Positions 1 through 15,000 of a stretch of DNA of 64,000 bases are shown here, piece after piece; the stretch's first letter is position 1; every line of letters begins with the position of its first letter. The notes beneath the pieces were generated by a model. The model worked only from the letters and a program-made list of their open reading frames with translations, had not been told where the DNA came from and made no database searches. A program made the position numbers and the translations under genes. This stretch comes from Auanema rhodensis. Lineage: Eukaryota > Animalia > Nematoda. Location of the stretch: positions 9,548,001 through 9,612,000 of the forward strand of contig OZ059895.1 of assembly GCA_964057225.1 (NCBI GenBank). The letters are read 5' to 3'.

Positions 1-3000
1 AAAATATGGAATTGAATAAAATAGATGAAGTGAACTTGCTTGGAAAATATGAATCAGTTTCATGTTTTAGTTTTTGAGCATCACAATATTGAAATTTAAA
101 TGTTTTTTAATGATTAAAAATTTAAAAAATGAAATTATGAAATAGTGGTAGAAATATAAAATTGTTTAAAATATGGAATTGAATAAAATAGATGAAGTGA
201 AATTGCTTGGAAAATATAAATCAGTTTCATGTTTCAGTTTTTGAGCATCACAATATTGAAATTTGAATGTTTTTTAATGATTAAAAATTTAAAAAATGAA
301 TTTATGAAATAATGGTAGAAATATAAAATTGTTTAAAATATGGAATTGAATAAAATAGATGAAGTGAACTTGCTTGGAAAATATAAATCAGTTTCATGTT
401 TCAGTTTTTGAGCATCACAATATTGAAATTTAAATGTTTTTTAATGATTAAAAATTTAAAAAATGAAATTATGAAATAGTGGTAGAAATATAAAATTGTT
501 TAAAATATGGAATTGAATAAAATAGATGAAGTGAAATTGCTTGGAAAATATAAATCAGTTTCATGTTTCAGTTTTTGAGCATCACAATATTGAAATTTGA
601 ATGTTTTTTAATGATTAAAAATTTAAAAAATGAATTTATGAAATAATGGTAGAAATATAAAATTGTTTAAAATATGGAATTGAATAAAATAGATGAAGTG
701 AACTTGCTTGGAAAATATAAATCAGTTTCATGTTTTAGTTTTTGAGCATCACAATATTGAAATTTAAATGTTTTTTAATGATTAAAAATTTAAAAAATGA
801 AATTATGAAATAGTGGTAGAAATATAAAATTGTTTAAAATATGGAATTGAATAAAATAGATGAAGTGAAATTGCTTGGAAAATATAAATCAGTTTCATGT
901 TTCAGTTTTTGAGCATCACAATATTGAAATTTGAATGTTTTTTAATGATTAAAAATTTAAAAAATGAATTTATGAAATAATGGTAGAAATATAAAATTGT
1001 TTAAAATATGGAATTGAATAAAATAGATGAAGTGAACTTGCTTGGAAAATATAAATCAGTTTCATGTTTCAGTTTTTGAGCATCACAATATTGAAATTTA
1101 AATGTTTTTTAATGATTAAAAATTTAAAAAATGAAATTATGAAATAATGGTAGAAATATAAAATTGTTTAAAATATGGAATTAAATGAAATAGATGGAGT
1201 GAAATTGCTTGGAAAATATTAATCAGTTTCATGTTTCAGTTTTTGAGCATCACAATATTGAAATTTAAATGTTTTTTAATGATTAAAAATTTAAAAAATG
1301 AAATTATGAAATAGTGGTAGAAATATAAAATTGTTTAAAATATGGAATTAAATAAAATAGATGGAGTGAAATTGCTTGGAAAATATAAATCAGTTTCATG
1401 TTTCAGTTTTTAAGCATCACAATATTGAAATTTGAATGTTTTTTTAATGATTAAAAATTTAAAAAATGAAATTATGAAATAGTGGTAGAAATATAAAATT
1501 GTTTAAAATATGGAATTAAATAAAATAGATGAAGTGAACTTGCTTGGAAAATATGAATCAGTTTCATGTTTCAGTTTTTGAGCATCACAATATTGAAATT
1601 TAAATGTTTTTTAATGATTAAAAATTTAAAAAATGAAATTATGAAATAATGGTAGAAATATAAAATTGTTTAAAATATGGAATTAAATAAAATAGATGGA
1701 GTGAAATTGCTTGCAAAATATAAATCAGTTTCATGTTTCAGTTTTTGAGCATCACAATATTGAAATTTGAATGTTTTTTTAATGATTAAAAATTTAAAAA
1801 ATGAAATTATGAAATAGTGGTAGAAATATAAAATTGTTTAAAATATGGAATTAAATAAAATAGATGGAGTGAAATTGCTTGGAAAATATAAATCAGTTTC
1901 ATGTTTTAGTTTTTGAGCATCACAATATTGAAATTTAAATGTTTTTTAATGATTAAAAATTTAAAAAATGAAATTATGAAATAGTGGTAGAAATATAAAA
2001 TTGTTTAAAATATGGAATTGAATAAAATAGATGAAGTGAAATTGCTTGGAAAATATAAATCAGTTTCATGTTTCAGTTTTTGAGCATCACAATATTGAAA
2101 TTTGAATGTTTTTTAATGATTAAAAATTTAAAAAATGAATTTATGAAATAATGGTAGAAATATAAAATTGTTTAAAATATGGAATTGAATAAAATAGATG
2201 AAGTGAACTTGCTTGGAAAATATAAATCAGTTTCATGTTTCAGTTTTTGAGCATCACAATATTGAAATTTAAATGTTTTTTAATGATTAAAAATTTAAAA
2301 AATGAAATTATGAAATAATGGTAGAAATATAAAATTGTTTAAAATATGGAATTAAATAAAATAGATGGAGTGAAATTGCTTGGAAAATATAAATCAGTTT
2401 CATGTTTCAGTTTTTAAGCATCACAATATTGAAATTTGAATGTTTTTTTAATGATTAAAAATTTAAAAAATGAAATTATGAAATAATGGTAGAAATATAA
2501 AATTGTTTAAAATATGGAATTAAATAAAATAGATGGAGTGAAATTGCTTGGAAAATATAAATCAGTTTCATGTTTCAGTTTTTAAGCATCACAATATTGA
2601 AATTTGAATGTTTTTTTAATGATTAAAAATTTAAAAAATGAAATTATGAAATAGTGGTAGAAATATAAAATTGTTTAAAATATGGAATTAAATAAAATAG
2701 ATGGAGTGAAATTGCTTGGAAAATATAAATCAGTTTCATGTTTCAGTTTTTGAGCATCACAATATTGAAATTTAAATGTTTTTTAATGATTAAAAATTTA
2801 AAAAATGAAATTATGAAATAGTGGTAGAAATATAAAATTGTTTAAAATATGGAATTGAATAAAATAGATGAAGTGAAATTGCTTGGAAAATATAAATCAG
2901 TTTCATGTTTCAGTTTTTGAGCATCACAATATTGAAATTTGAATGTTTTTTAATGATTAAAAATTTAAAAAATGAATTTATGAAATAATGGTAGAAATAT

Positions 3001-6000
3001 AAAATTGTTTAAAATATGGAATTGAATAAAATAGATGAAGTGAACTTGCTTGGAAAATATAAATCAGTTTCATGTTTCAGTTTTTGAGCATCACAATATT
3101 GAAATTTAAATGTTTTTTAATGATTAAAAATTTAAAAAATGAAATTATGAAATAATGGTAGAAATATAAAATTGTTTAAAATATGGAATTAAATAAAATA
3201 GATGGAGTGAAATTGCTTGGAAAATATAAATCAGTTTCATGTTTCAGTTTTTAAGCATCACAATATTGAAATTTGAATGTTTTTTTAATGATTAAAAATT
3301 TAAAAAATGAAATTATGAAATAGTGGTAGAAATATAAAATTGTTTTAAATATGGAATTAAATAAAATAGATGGAGTGAAATTGCTTGGAAAATATAAATC
3401 AGTTTCATGTTTCAGTTCTTGAGCATCACAATATTGAAATTTAAATGTTTTTTAATGATTAAAAATTTAAAAAATGAAATTATGAAATAGTGGTAGAAAT
3501 ATAAAACTGTTTAAAATATGGAATTAAATAAAATAGATGGAGTGAAATTGCTTGGAAAATATGAATCAGTTTCATGTTTCAGTTTTTGAGCATCACAATA
3601 TTGAAATTTAAATGTTTTTTAATGATTAAAAATTTAAAAAATGAAATTATGAAATAATGGTAGAAATATAAAATTGTTTAAAATATGGAATTAAATAAAA
3701 TAGATGGAGTGAAATTGCTTGGAAAATATAAATCAGTTTCATGTTTCAGTTTTTAAGCATCACAATATTGAAATTTAAATGTTTTTTAATGATTAAAAAT
3801 TTAAAAAATGAAATTATGAAATAGTGGTAGAAATATAAAATTGTTTAAAATATGGAATTAAATAAAATAGATGGAGTGAAATTGCTTGGAAAATATAAAT
3901 CAGTTTCATGTTTCAGTTTTTAAGCATCACAATATTGAAATTTGAATGTTTTTTTAATGATTAAAAATTTAAAAAATGAAATTATGAAATAGTGGTAGAA
4001 ATATAAAATTGTTTAAAATATGGAATTAAATAAAATAGATGGAGTGAAATTGCTTGGAAAATATAAATCAGTTTCATGTTTCAGTTTTTAAGCATCACAA
4101 TATTGAAATTTGAATGTTTTTTAATGATTAAAAATTTAAAAAATGAATTTATGAAATAATGGTAGAAATATAAAATTGTTTAAAATATGGAATTGAATAA
4201 AATAGATGAAGTGAACTTGCTTGGAAAATATAAATCAGTTTCATGTTTCAGTTTTTGAGCATCACAATATTGAAATTTAAATGTTTTTTAATGATTAAAA
4301 ATTTAAAAAATGAAATTATGAAATAGTGGTAGAAATATAAAATTGTTTAAAATATGGAATTGAATAAAATAGATGAAGTGAACTTGCTTGGAAAATATAA
4401 ATCAGTTTCATGTTTCAGTTTTTGAGCATCACAATATTGAAATTTAAATGTTTTTTAATGATTAAAAATTTAAAAAATGAAATTATGAAATAATGGTAGA
4501 AATATAAAATTGTTTAAAATATGGAATTAAATAAAATAGATGGAGTGAAATTGCTTGGAAAATATAAATCAGTTTCATGTTTCAGTTTTTGAGCATCAGA
4601 ATATTGAAATTTAAATGTTTTTTAATGATTAAAAATTTAAAAAATGAAATTATGAAATAGTGGTAGAAATATAAAACTGTTTAAAATATGGAATTAAATA
4701 AAATAGATGGAGTGAAATTGCTTGGAAAATATGAATCAGTTTCATGTTTCAGTTTTTGAGCATCACAATATTGAAATTTAAATGTTTTTTAATGATTAAA
4801 AATTTAAAAAATGAAATTATGAAATAATGGTAGAAATATAAAATTGTTTAAAATATGGAATTAAATAAAATAGATGGAGTGAAATTGCTTGGAAAATATA
4901 AATCAGTTTCATGTTTCAGTTTTTAAGCATCACAATATTGAAATTTGAATGTTTTTTTAATGATTAAAAATTTAAAAAATGAAATTATGAAATAGTGGTA
5001 GAAATATAAAATTGTTTAAAATATGGAATTAAATAAAATAGATGGAGTGAAATTGCTTGGAAAATATAAATCAGTTTCATGTTTCAGTTTTTAAGCATCA
5101 CAATATTGAAATTTAAATGTTTTTTAATGATTAAAAATTTAAAAAATGAAATTATGAAATAATGGTAGAAATATAAAATTGTTTAAAATATGGAATTAAA
5201 TAAAATAGATGGAGTGAAATTGCTTGGAAAATATAAATCAGTTTCATGTTTCAGTTTTTAAGCATCACAATATTGAAATTTGAATGTTTTTTTAATGATT
5301 AAAAATTTAAAAAATGAAATTATGAAATAATGGTAGAAATATAAAATTGTTTAAAATATGGAATTAAATAAAATAGATGGAGTGAAATTGCTTGGAAAAT
5401 ATAAATCAGTTTCATGTTTCAGTTTTTAAGCATCACAATATTGAAATTTGAATGTTTTTTTAATGATTAAAAATTTAAAAAATGAAATTATGAAATAGTG
5501 GTAGAAATATAAAATTGTTTTAAATATGGAATTAAATAAAATAGATGGAGTGAAATTGCTTGGAAAATATAAATCAGTTTCATGTTTCAGTTCTTGAGCA
5601 TCACAATATTGAAATTTAAATGTTTTTTAATGATTAAAAATTTAAAAAATGAAATTATGAAATAGTGGTAGAAATATAAAACTGTTTAAAATATGGAATT
5701 AAATAAAATAGATGGAGTGAAATTGCTTGGAAAATATGAATCAGTTTCATGTTTCAGTTTTTGAGCATCACAATATTGAAATTTAAATGTTTTTTAATGA
5801 TTAAAAATTTAGAAAATGAAATTATGAAATAATGGTAGAAATATAAAATTGTTTAAAATATGGAATTAAATAAAATAGATGGAGTGAAATTGCTTGGAAA
5901 ATATAAATCAGTTTCATGTTTCAGTTTTTAAGCATCACAATATTGAAATTTAAATGTTTTTTAATGATTAAAAATTTAAAAAATGAAATTATGAAATAGT

Positions 6001-9000
6001 GGTAGAAATATAAAATTGTTTAAAATATGGAATTAAATAAAATAGATGGAGTGAAATTGCTTGGAAAATATAAATCAGTTTCATGTTTCAGTTTTTAAGC
6101 ATCACAAAATTGAAATTTGAATGTTTTTTAATGATTAAAAATTTAAAAAATGAATTTATGAAATAATGGTAGAAATATAAAATTGTTTAAAATATGGAAT
6201 TGAATAAAATAGATGAAGTGAACTTGCTTGGAAAATATAAATCAGTTTCATGTTTCAGTTTTTGAGCATCACAATATTGAAATTTAAATGTTTTTTAATG
6301 ATTAAAAATTTAAAAAATGAAATTATGAAATAGTGGTAGAAATATAAAATTGTTTAAAATATGGAATTGAATAAAATAGATGAAGTGAACTTGCTTGGAA
6401 AATATAAATCAGTTTCATGTTTCAGTTTTTGAGCATCACAATATTGAAATTTAAATGTTTTTTAATGATTAAAAATTTAAAAAATGAAATTATGAAATAA
6501 TGGTAGAAATATAAAATTGTTTAAAATATGGAATTAAATAAAATAGATGGAGTGAAATTGCTTGGAAAATATAAATCAGTTTCATGTTTCAGTTTTTGAG
6601 CATCAGAATATTGAAATTTAAATGTTTTTTAATGATTAAAAATTTAAAAAATGAAATTATGAAATAGTGGTAGAAATATAAAACTGTTTAAAATATGGAA
6701 TTAAATAAAATAGATGGAGTGAAATTGCTTGGAAAATATGAATCAGTTTCATGTTTCAGTTTTTGAGCATCACAATATTGAAATTTAAATGTTTTTTAAT
6801 GATTAAAAATTTAAAAAATGAAATTATGAAATAATGGTAGAAATATAAAATTGTTTAAAATATGGAATTAAATAAAATAGATGGAGTGAAATTGCTTGGA
6901 AAATATAAATCAGTTTCATGTTTCAGTTTTTAAGCATCACAATATTGAAATTTGAATGTTTTTTTAATGATTAAAAATTTAAAAAATGAAATTATGAAAT
7001 AGTGGTAGAAATATAAAATTGTTTAAAATATGGAATTAAATAAAATAGATGGAGTGAAATTGCTTGGAAAATATAAATCAGTTTCATGTTTCAGTTTTTA
7101 AGCATCACAATATTGAAATTTAAATGTTTTTTAATGATTAAAAATTTAAAAAATGAAATTATGAAATAATGGTAGAAATATAAAATTGTTTAAAATATGG
7201 AATTAAATAAAATAGATGGAGTGAAATTGCTTGGAAAATATAAATCAGTTTCATGTTTCAGTTTTTAAGCATCACAATATTGAAATTTGAATGTTTTTTT
7301 AATGATTAAAAATTTAAAAAATGAAATTATGAAATAATGGTAGAAATAGAAAATTGTTTAAAATATGGAATTAAATAAAATAGATGGAGTGAAATTGCTT
7401 GGAAAATATAAATCAGTTTCATGTTTCAGTTTTTAAGCATCACAATATTGAAATTTAAATGTTTTTTAATGATTAAAAATTTAAAAAATGAAATTATGAA
7501 ATAGTGGTAGAAATATAAAATTGTTTAAAATATGGAATTAAATAAAATAGATGGAGTGAAATTGCTTGGAAAATATAAATCAGTTTCATGTTTCAGTTTT
7601 TAAGCATCACAATATTGAAATTTGAATGTTTTTTTAATGATTAAAAATTTAAAAAATGAAATTATGAAATAGTGGTAGAAATATAAAATTGTTTAAAATA
7701 TGGAATTAAATAAAATAGATGGAGTGAAATTGCTTGGAAAATATAAATCAGTTTCATGTTTCAGTTTTTAAGCATCACAATATTGAAATTTGAATGTTTT
7801 TTAATGATTAAAAATTTAAAAAATGAATTTATGAAATAATGGTAGAAATATAAAATTGTTTAAAATATGGAATTGAATAAAATAGATGAAGTGAACTTGC
7901 TTGGAAAATATAAATCAGTTTCATGTTTCAGTTTTTGAGCATCACAATATTGAAATTTAAATGTTTTTTAATGATTAAAAATTTAAAAAATGAAATTATG
8001 AAATAGTGGTAGAAATATAAAATTGTTTAAAATATGGAATTGAATAAAATAGATGAAGTGAACTTGCTTGGAAAATATAAATCAGTTTCATGTTTCAGTT
8101 TTTGAGCATCACAATATTGAAATTTAAATGTTTTTTAATGATTAAAAATTTAAAAAATGAAATTATGAAATAATGGTAGAAATATAAAATTGTTTAAAAT
8201 ATGGAATTAAATAAAATAGATGGAGTGAAATTGCTTGGAAAATATAAATCAGTTTCATGTTTCAGTTTTTGAGCATCAGAATATTGAAATTTAAATGTTT
8301 TTTAATGATTAAAAATTTAAAAAATGAAATTATGAAATAGTGGTAGAAATATAAAACTGTTTAAAATATGGAATTAAATAAAATAGATGGAGTGAAATTG
8401 CTTGGAAAATATGAATCAGTTTCATGTTTCAGTTTTTGAGCATCACAATATTGAAATTTAAATGTTTTTTAATGATTAAAAATTTAAAAAATGAAATTAT
8501 GAAATAATGGTAGAAATATAAAATTGTTTAAAATATGGAATTAAATAAAATAGATGGAGTGAAATTGCTTGGAAAATATGAATCAGTTTCATGTTTCAGT
8601 TTTTGAGCATCACAATATTGAAATTTGAATGTTTTTTAATGATTAAAAATTTAAAAAATGAATTTATGAAATAATGGTAGAAATATAAAATTGTTTAAAA
8701 TATGGAATTGAATAAAATAGATGAAGTGAACTTGCTTGGAAAATATAAATCAGTTTCATGTTTCAGTTTTTGAGCATCACAATATTGAAATTTAAATGTT
8801 TTTTAATGATTAAAAATTTAAAAAATGAAATTATGAAATAATGGTAGAAATATAAAATTGTTTAAAATATGGAATTAAATAAAATAGATGGAGTGAAATT
8901 GCTTGGAAAATATAAATCAGTTTCATGTTTCAGTTTTTGAGCATCACAATATTGAAATTTAAATGTTTTTTAATGATTAAAAATTTAAAAAATGAAATTA

Positions 9001-12000
9001 TGAAATAATGGTAGAAATATAAAATTGTTTAAAATATGGAATTAAATAAAATAGATGGAGTGAAATTGCTTGGAAAATATAAATCAGTTTCATGTTTCAG
9101 TTTTTGAGCATCAGAATATTGAAATTTAAATGTTTTTTAATGATTAAAAATTTAAAAAATGAAATTATGAAATAGTGGTAGAAATATAAAACTGTTTAAA
9201 ATATGGAATTAAATAAAATAGATGGAGTGAAATTGCTTGGAAAATATGAATCAGTTTCATGTTTCAGTTTTTGAGCATCACAATATTGAAATTTAAATGT
9301 TTTTTAATGATTAAAAATTTAAAAAATGAAATTATGAAATAGTGGTAGAAATATAAAATTGTTTAAAATATGGAATTAAATAAAATAGATGGAGTGAAAT
9401 TGCTTGGAAAATATGAATCAGTTTCATGTTTCAGTTTTTGAGCATCACAATATTGAAATTTGAATGTTTTTAATGATTAAAAATTTAAAAAATGAATTTA
9501 TGAAATAATGGTAGAAATATAAAATTGTTTAAAATATGGAATTGAATAAAATAGATGAAGTGAACTTGCTTGGAAAATATAAATCAGTTTCATGTTTCAG
9601 TTTTTGAGCATCACAATATTGAAATTTAAATGTTTTTTAATGATTAAAAATTTAAAAAATGAAATTATGAAATAATGGTAGAAATATAAAATTGTTTAAA
9701 ATATGGAATTAAATAAAATAGATGGAGTGAAATTGCTTGGAAAATATAAATCAGTTTCATGTTTCAGTTTTTGAGCATCAGAATATTGAAATTTAAATGT
9801 TTTTTAATGATTAAAAATTTAAAAAATGAAATTATGAAATAGTGGTAGAAATATAAAATTGTTTAAAATATGGAATTAAATAAAATAGATGGAGTGAAAT
9901 TGCTTGGAAAATATAAATCAGTTTCATGTTTCAGTTTTTAAGCATCACAATATTGAAATTTGAATGTTTTTTTAATGATTAAAAATTTAAAAAATGAAAT
10001 TATGAAATAGTGGTAGAAATATAAAATTGTTTAAAATATGGAATTAAATAAAATAGATGGAGTGAAATTGCTTGGAAAATATGAATCAGTTTCATGTTTC
10101 AATTTTTGAGCATCACAATATTGAAATTTAAATGTTTTTTAATGATTAAAAATTTAAAAAATGAAATTATGAAATAGTGGTAGAAATATAAAATTGTTTA
10201 AAATATGGAATTAAATAAAATAGATGGAGTGAAATTGCTTGGAAAATATAAATCAGTTTCATGTTTCAATTTTTGAGCATCACAATATTGAAATTTAAAT
10301 GTTTTTTTAATGATTAAAAATTTAAAAAATGAAATTATGAAATAGTGGTAGAAATATAAAATTGTTTAAAATATGGAATTAAATAAAATAGATGGAGTGA
10401 AATTGCTTGGAAAATATAAATCAGTTTCATGTTTCAATTTTTGAGCATCACAATATTGAAATTTGAATGTTTTTTTAATGATTAAAAATTTAAAAAATGA
10501 AATTATGAAATAGTGGTAGAAATATAAAATTGTTTAAAATATGGAATTAAATAAAATAGATGGAGTGAAATTGCTTGGAAAATATAAATCAGTTTCATGT
10601 TTCAGTTTTTGAGCATCACAATATTGAAATTTGAATGTTTTTTAATGATTAAAAATTTAAAAAATGAAATTATGAAATAATGGTAGAAATATAAAATTGT
10701 TTAAAATATGGAATTGAATAAAATAGATGAAGTGAACTTGCTTGGAAAATATGAATCAGTTTCATGTTTTAGTTTTTGAGCATCACAATAATGAAATTTA
10801 AATGTTTTTTAATGATTAAAAATTTAAAAAATGAAATTATGAAATAGTGGTAGAAATATAAAATTGTTTAAAATATGGAATTGAATAAAATAGATGAAGT
10901 GAACTTGCTTGGAAAATATAAATCAGTTTCATGTTTCAATTTTTGAGCATCACAATATTGAAATTTAAATGTTTTTTTAATGATTAAAAATTTAAAAAAT
11001 GAAATTATGAAATAGTGGTAGAAATATAAAATTGTTTAAAATATGGAATTAAATAAAATAGATGGAGTGAAATTGCTTGGAAAATATAAATCAGTTTCAT
11101 GTTTCAATTTTTGAGCATCACAATATTGAAATTTGAATGTTTTTTTAATGATTAAAAATTTAAAAAATGAAATTATGAAATAGTGGTAGAAATATAAAAT
11201 TGTTTAAAATATGGAATTAAATAAAATAGATGGAGTGAAATTGCTTGGAAAATATAAATCAGTTTCATGTTTCAGTTTTTGAGCATCAGAATATTGAAAT
11301 TTAAATGTTTTTTAATGATTAAAAATTTAAAAAATGAAATTATGAAATAGTGGTAGAAATATAAAATTGTTTAAAATATGGAATTAAATAAAATAGATGG
11401 AGTGAAATTGCTTGGAAAATATAAATCAGTTTCATGTTTCAGTTTTTAAGCATCACAATATTGAAATTTGAATGTTTTTTTAATGATTAAAAATTTAAAA
11501 AATGAAATTATGAAATAGTGGTAGAAATATAAAATTGTTTAAAATATGGAATTAAATAAAATAGATGGAGTGAAATTGCTTGGAAAATATGAATCAGTTT
11601 CATGTTTCAATTTTTGAGCATCACAATATTGAAATTTAAATGTTTTTTAATGATTAAAAATTTAAAAAATGAAATTATGAAATAGTGGTAGAAATATAAA
11701 ATTGTTTAAAATATGGAATTAAATAAAATAGATGGAGTGAAATTGCTTGGAAAATATAAATCAGTTTCATGTTTCAATTTTTGAGCATCACAATATTGAA
11801 ATTTAAATGTTTTTTTAATGATTAAAAATTTAAAAAATGAAATTATGAAATAGTGGTAGAAATATAAAATTGTTTAAAATATGGAATTAAATAAAATAGA
11901 TGGAGTGAAATTGCTTGGAAAATATAAATCAGTTTCATGTTTCAATTTTTGAGCATCACAATATTGAAATTTGAATGTTTTTTTAATGATTAAAAATTTA

Positions 12001-15000
12001 AAAAATGAAATTATGAAATAGTGGTAGAAATATAAAATTGTTTAAAATATGGAATTAAATAAAATAGATGGAGTGAAATTGCTTGGAAAATATAAATCAG
12101 TTTCATGTTTCAGTTTTTGAGCATCACAATATTGAAATTTGAATGTTTTTTAATGATTAAAAATTTAAAAAATGAAATTATGAAATAATGGTAGAAATAT
12201 AAAATTGTTTAAAATATGGAATTGAATAAAATAGATGAAGTGAACTTGCTTGGAAAATATGAATCAGTTTCATGTTTTAGTTTTTGAGCATCACAATAAT
12301 GAAATTTAAATGTTTTTTAATGATTAAAAATTTAAAAAATGAAATTATGAAATAGTGGTAGAAATATAAAATTGTTTAAAATATGGAATTGAATAAAATA
12401 GATGAAGTGAACTTGCTTGGAAAATATAAATCAGTTTCATGTTTCAGTTTTTGAGCATCACAATATTGAAATTTAAATGTTTTTTAATGATTAAAAATTT
12501 AAAAAATGAATTTATGAAATAATGGTAGAAATATAAAATTGTTTAAAATATGGAATTGAATAAAATAGATGAAGTGAACTTGCTTGGAAAATATAAATCA
12601 GTTTCATGTTTCAGTTTTTGAGCATCACAATATTGAAATTTAAATGTTTTTTAATGATTAAAAATTTAAAAAATGAAATTATGAAATAATGGTAGAAATA
12701 TAAAATTGTTTAAAATATGGAATTAAATAAAATAGATGGAGTGAAATTGCTTGGAAGATATAAATCAGTTTCATGTTTCAATTTTTGAGCATCACAATAT
12801 TGAAATTTAAATGTTTTTTAATGATTAAAAATTTAAAAAATGAAATTATGAAATAGTGGTAGAAATATAAAATTGTTTAAAATATGGAATTAAATAAAAT
12901 AGATGGAGTGAAATTGCTTGGAAAATATAAATCAGTTTCATGTTTCAGTTTTTGAGCATCACAATATTGAAATTTAAATGTTTTTTAATGATTAAAAATT
13001 TAAAAAATGAAATTATGAAATAGTGGTAGAAATATAAAATTGTTTAAAATATGGAATTGAATAAAATAGATGAAGTGAAATTGCTTGGAAAATATAAATC
13101 AGTTTCATGTTTCAGTTTTTGAGCATCACAATATTGAAATTTGAATGTTTTTTAATGATTAAAAATTTAAAAAATGAATTTATGAAATAATGGTAGAAAT
13201 ATAAAATTGTTTAAAATATGGAATTGAATAAAATAGATGAAGTGAACTTGCTTGGAAAATATAAATCAGTTTCATGTTTCAGTTTTTGAGCATCACAATA
13301 TTGAAATTTAAATGTTTTTTAATGATTAAAAATTTAAAAAATGAAATTATGAAATAATGGTAGAAATATAAAATTGTTTAAAATATGGAATTAAATAAAA
13401 TAGATGGAGTGAAATTGCTTGGAAAATATAAATCAGTTTCATGTTTCAGTTTTTGAGCATCAGAATATTGAAATTTAAATGTTTTTTAATGATTAAAAAT
13501 TTAAAAAATGAAATTATGAAATAGTGGTAGAAATATAAAATTGTTTAAAATATGGAGTTAAATAAAATAGATGGAGTGAAATTGCTTGGAAAATATAAAT
13601 CAGTTTCATGTTTCAGTTTTTAAGCATCACAATATTGAAATTTGAATGTTTTTTTAATGATTAAAAATTTAAAAAATGAAATTATGAAATAGTGGTAGAA
13701 ATATAAAATTGTTTAAAATATGGAATTAAATAAAATAGATGGAGTGAAATTGCTTGGAAAATATGAATCAGTTTCATGTTTCAATTTTTGAGCATCACAA
13801 TATTGAAATTTAAATGTTTTTTAATGATTAAAAATTTAAAAAATGAAATTATGAAATAGTGGTAGAAATATAAAATTGTTTAAAATATGGAATTAAATAA
13901 AATAGATGGAGTGAAATTGCTTGGGAAATATAAATCAGTTCCATGTTTCAATTTTTGAGCATCACAATATTGAAATTTAAATGTTTTTTAATGATTAAAA
14001 ATTTAAAAAATGAAATTATGAAATAGTGGTAGAAATATAAAATTGTTTAAAATATGGAATTAAATAAAATAGATGGAGTGAAATTGCTTGTAAAATATAA
14101 ATCATTTTCATGTTTCAGTTTTTAAGCATCACAATATTGAAATTTGAATGTTTTTTTAATGATTAAAAATTTAAAAAATGAAATTATGAAATAGTGGTAG
14201 AAATATAAAATTGTTTAAAATATGGAATTAAATAAAATAGATGGAGTGAAATTGCTTGGGAAATATAAATCAGTTCCATGTTTCAATTTTTGAGCATCAC
14301 AATATTGAAATTTAAATGTTTTTTAATGATTAAAAATTTAAAAAATGAAATTATGAAATAGTGGTAGAAATATAAAATTGTTTAAAATATGGAATTAAAT
14401 AAAATAGATGGAGTGAAATTGCTTGGAAAATATGAATCAGTTTCATGTTTCAGTTTTTGAGCATCACAATATTGAAATTTGAATGTTTTTTTAATGATTA
14501 AAAATTTAAAAAATGAAATTATGAAATAGTGGTAGAAATATAAAATTGTTTAAAATATGGAATTAAATAAAATAGATGTAGTGAAATTGCTTGGGAAATA
14601 TAAATCAGTTCCATGTTTCAATTTTTGAGCATCACAATATTGAAATTTAAATGTTTTTTAATGATTAAAAATTTAAAAAATGAAATTATGAAATAGTGGT
14701 AGAAAAATAAAATTGTTTAAAAAATATGGAATTAAATAAAATAGATGGAGTGAAATTGCTTGCAAAATATAAATCATTTTCATGTTTCAGTTTTTAAGCA
14801 TCACAATATTGAAATTTGAATGTTTTTTTAATGATTAAAAATTTAAAAAATGAAATTATGAAATAGTGGTAGAAATATAAAATTGTTTAAAATATGGAAT
14901 TAAATAAAATAGATGGAGTGAAATTGCTTGGGAAATATAAATCAGTTCCATGTTTCAATTTTTGAGCATCACAATATTGAAATTTAAATGTTTTTTAATG

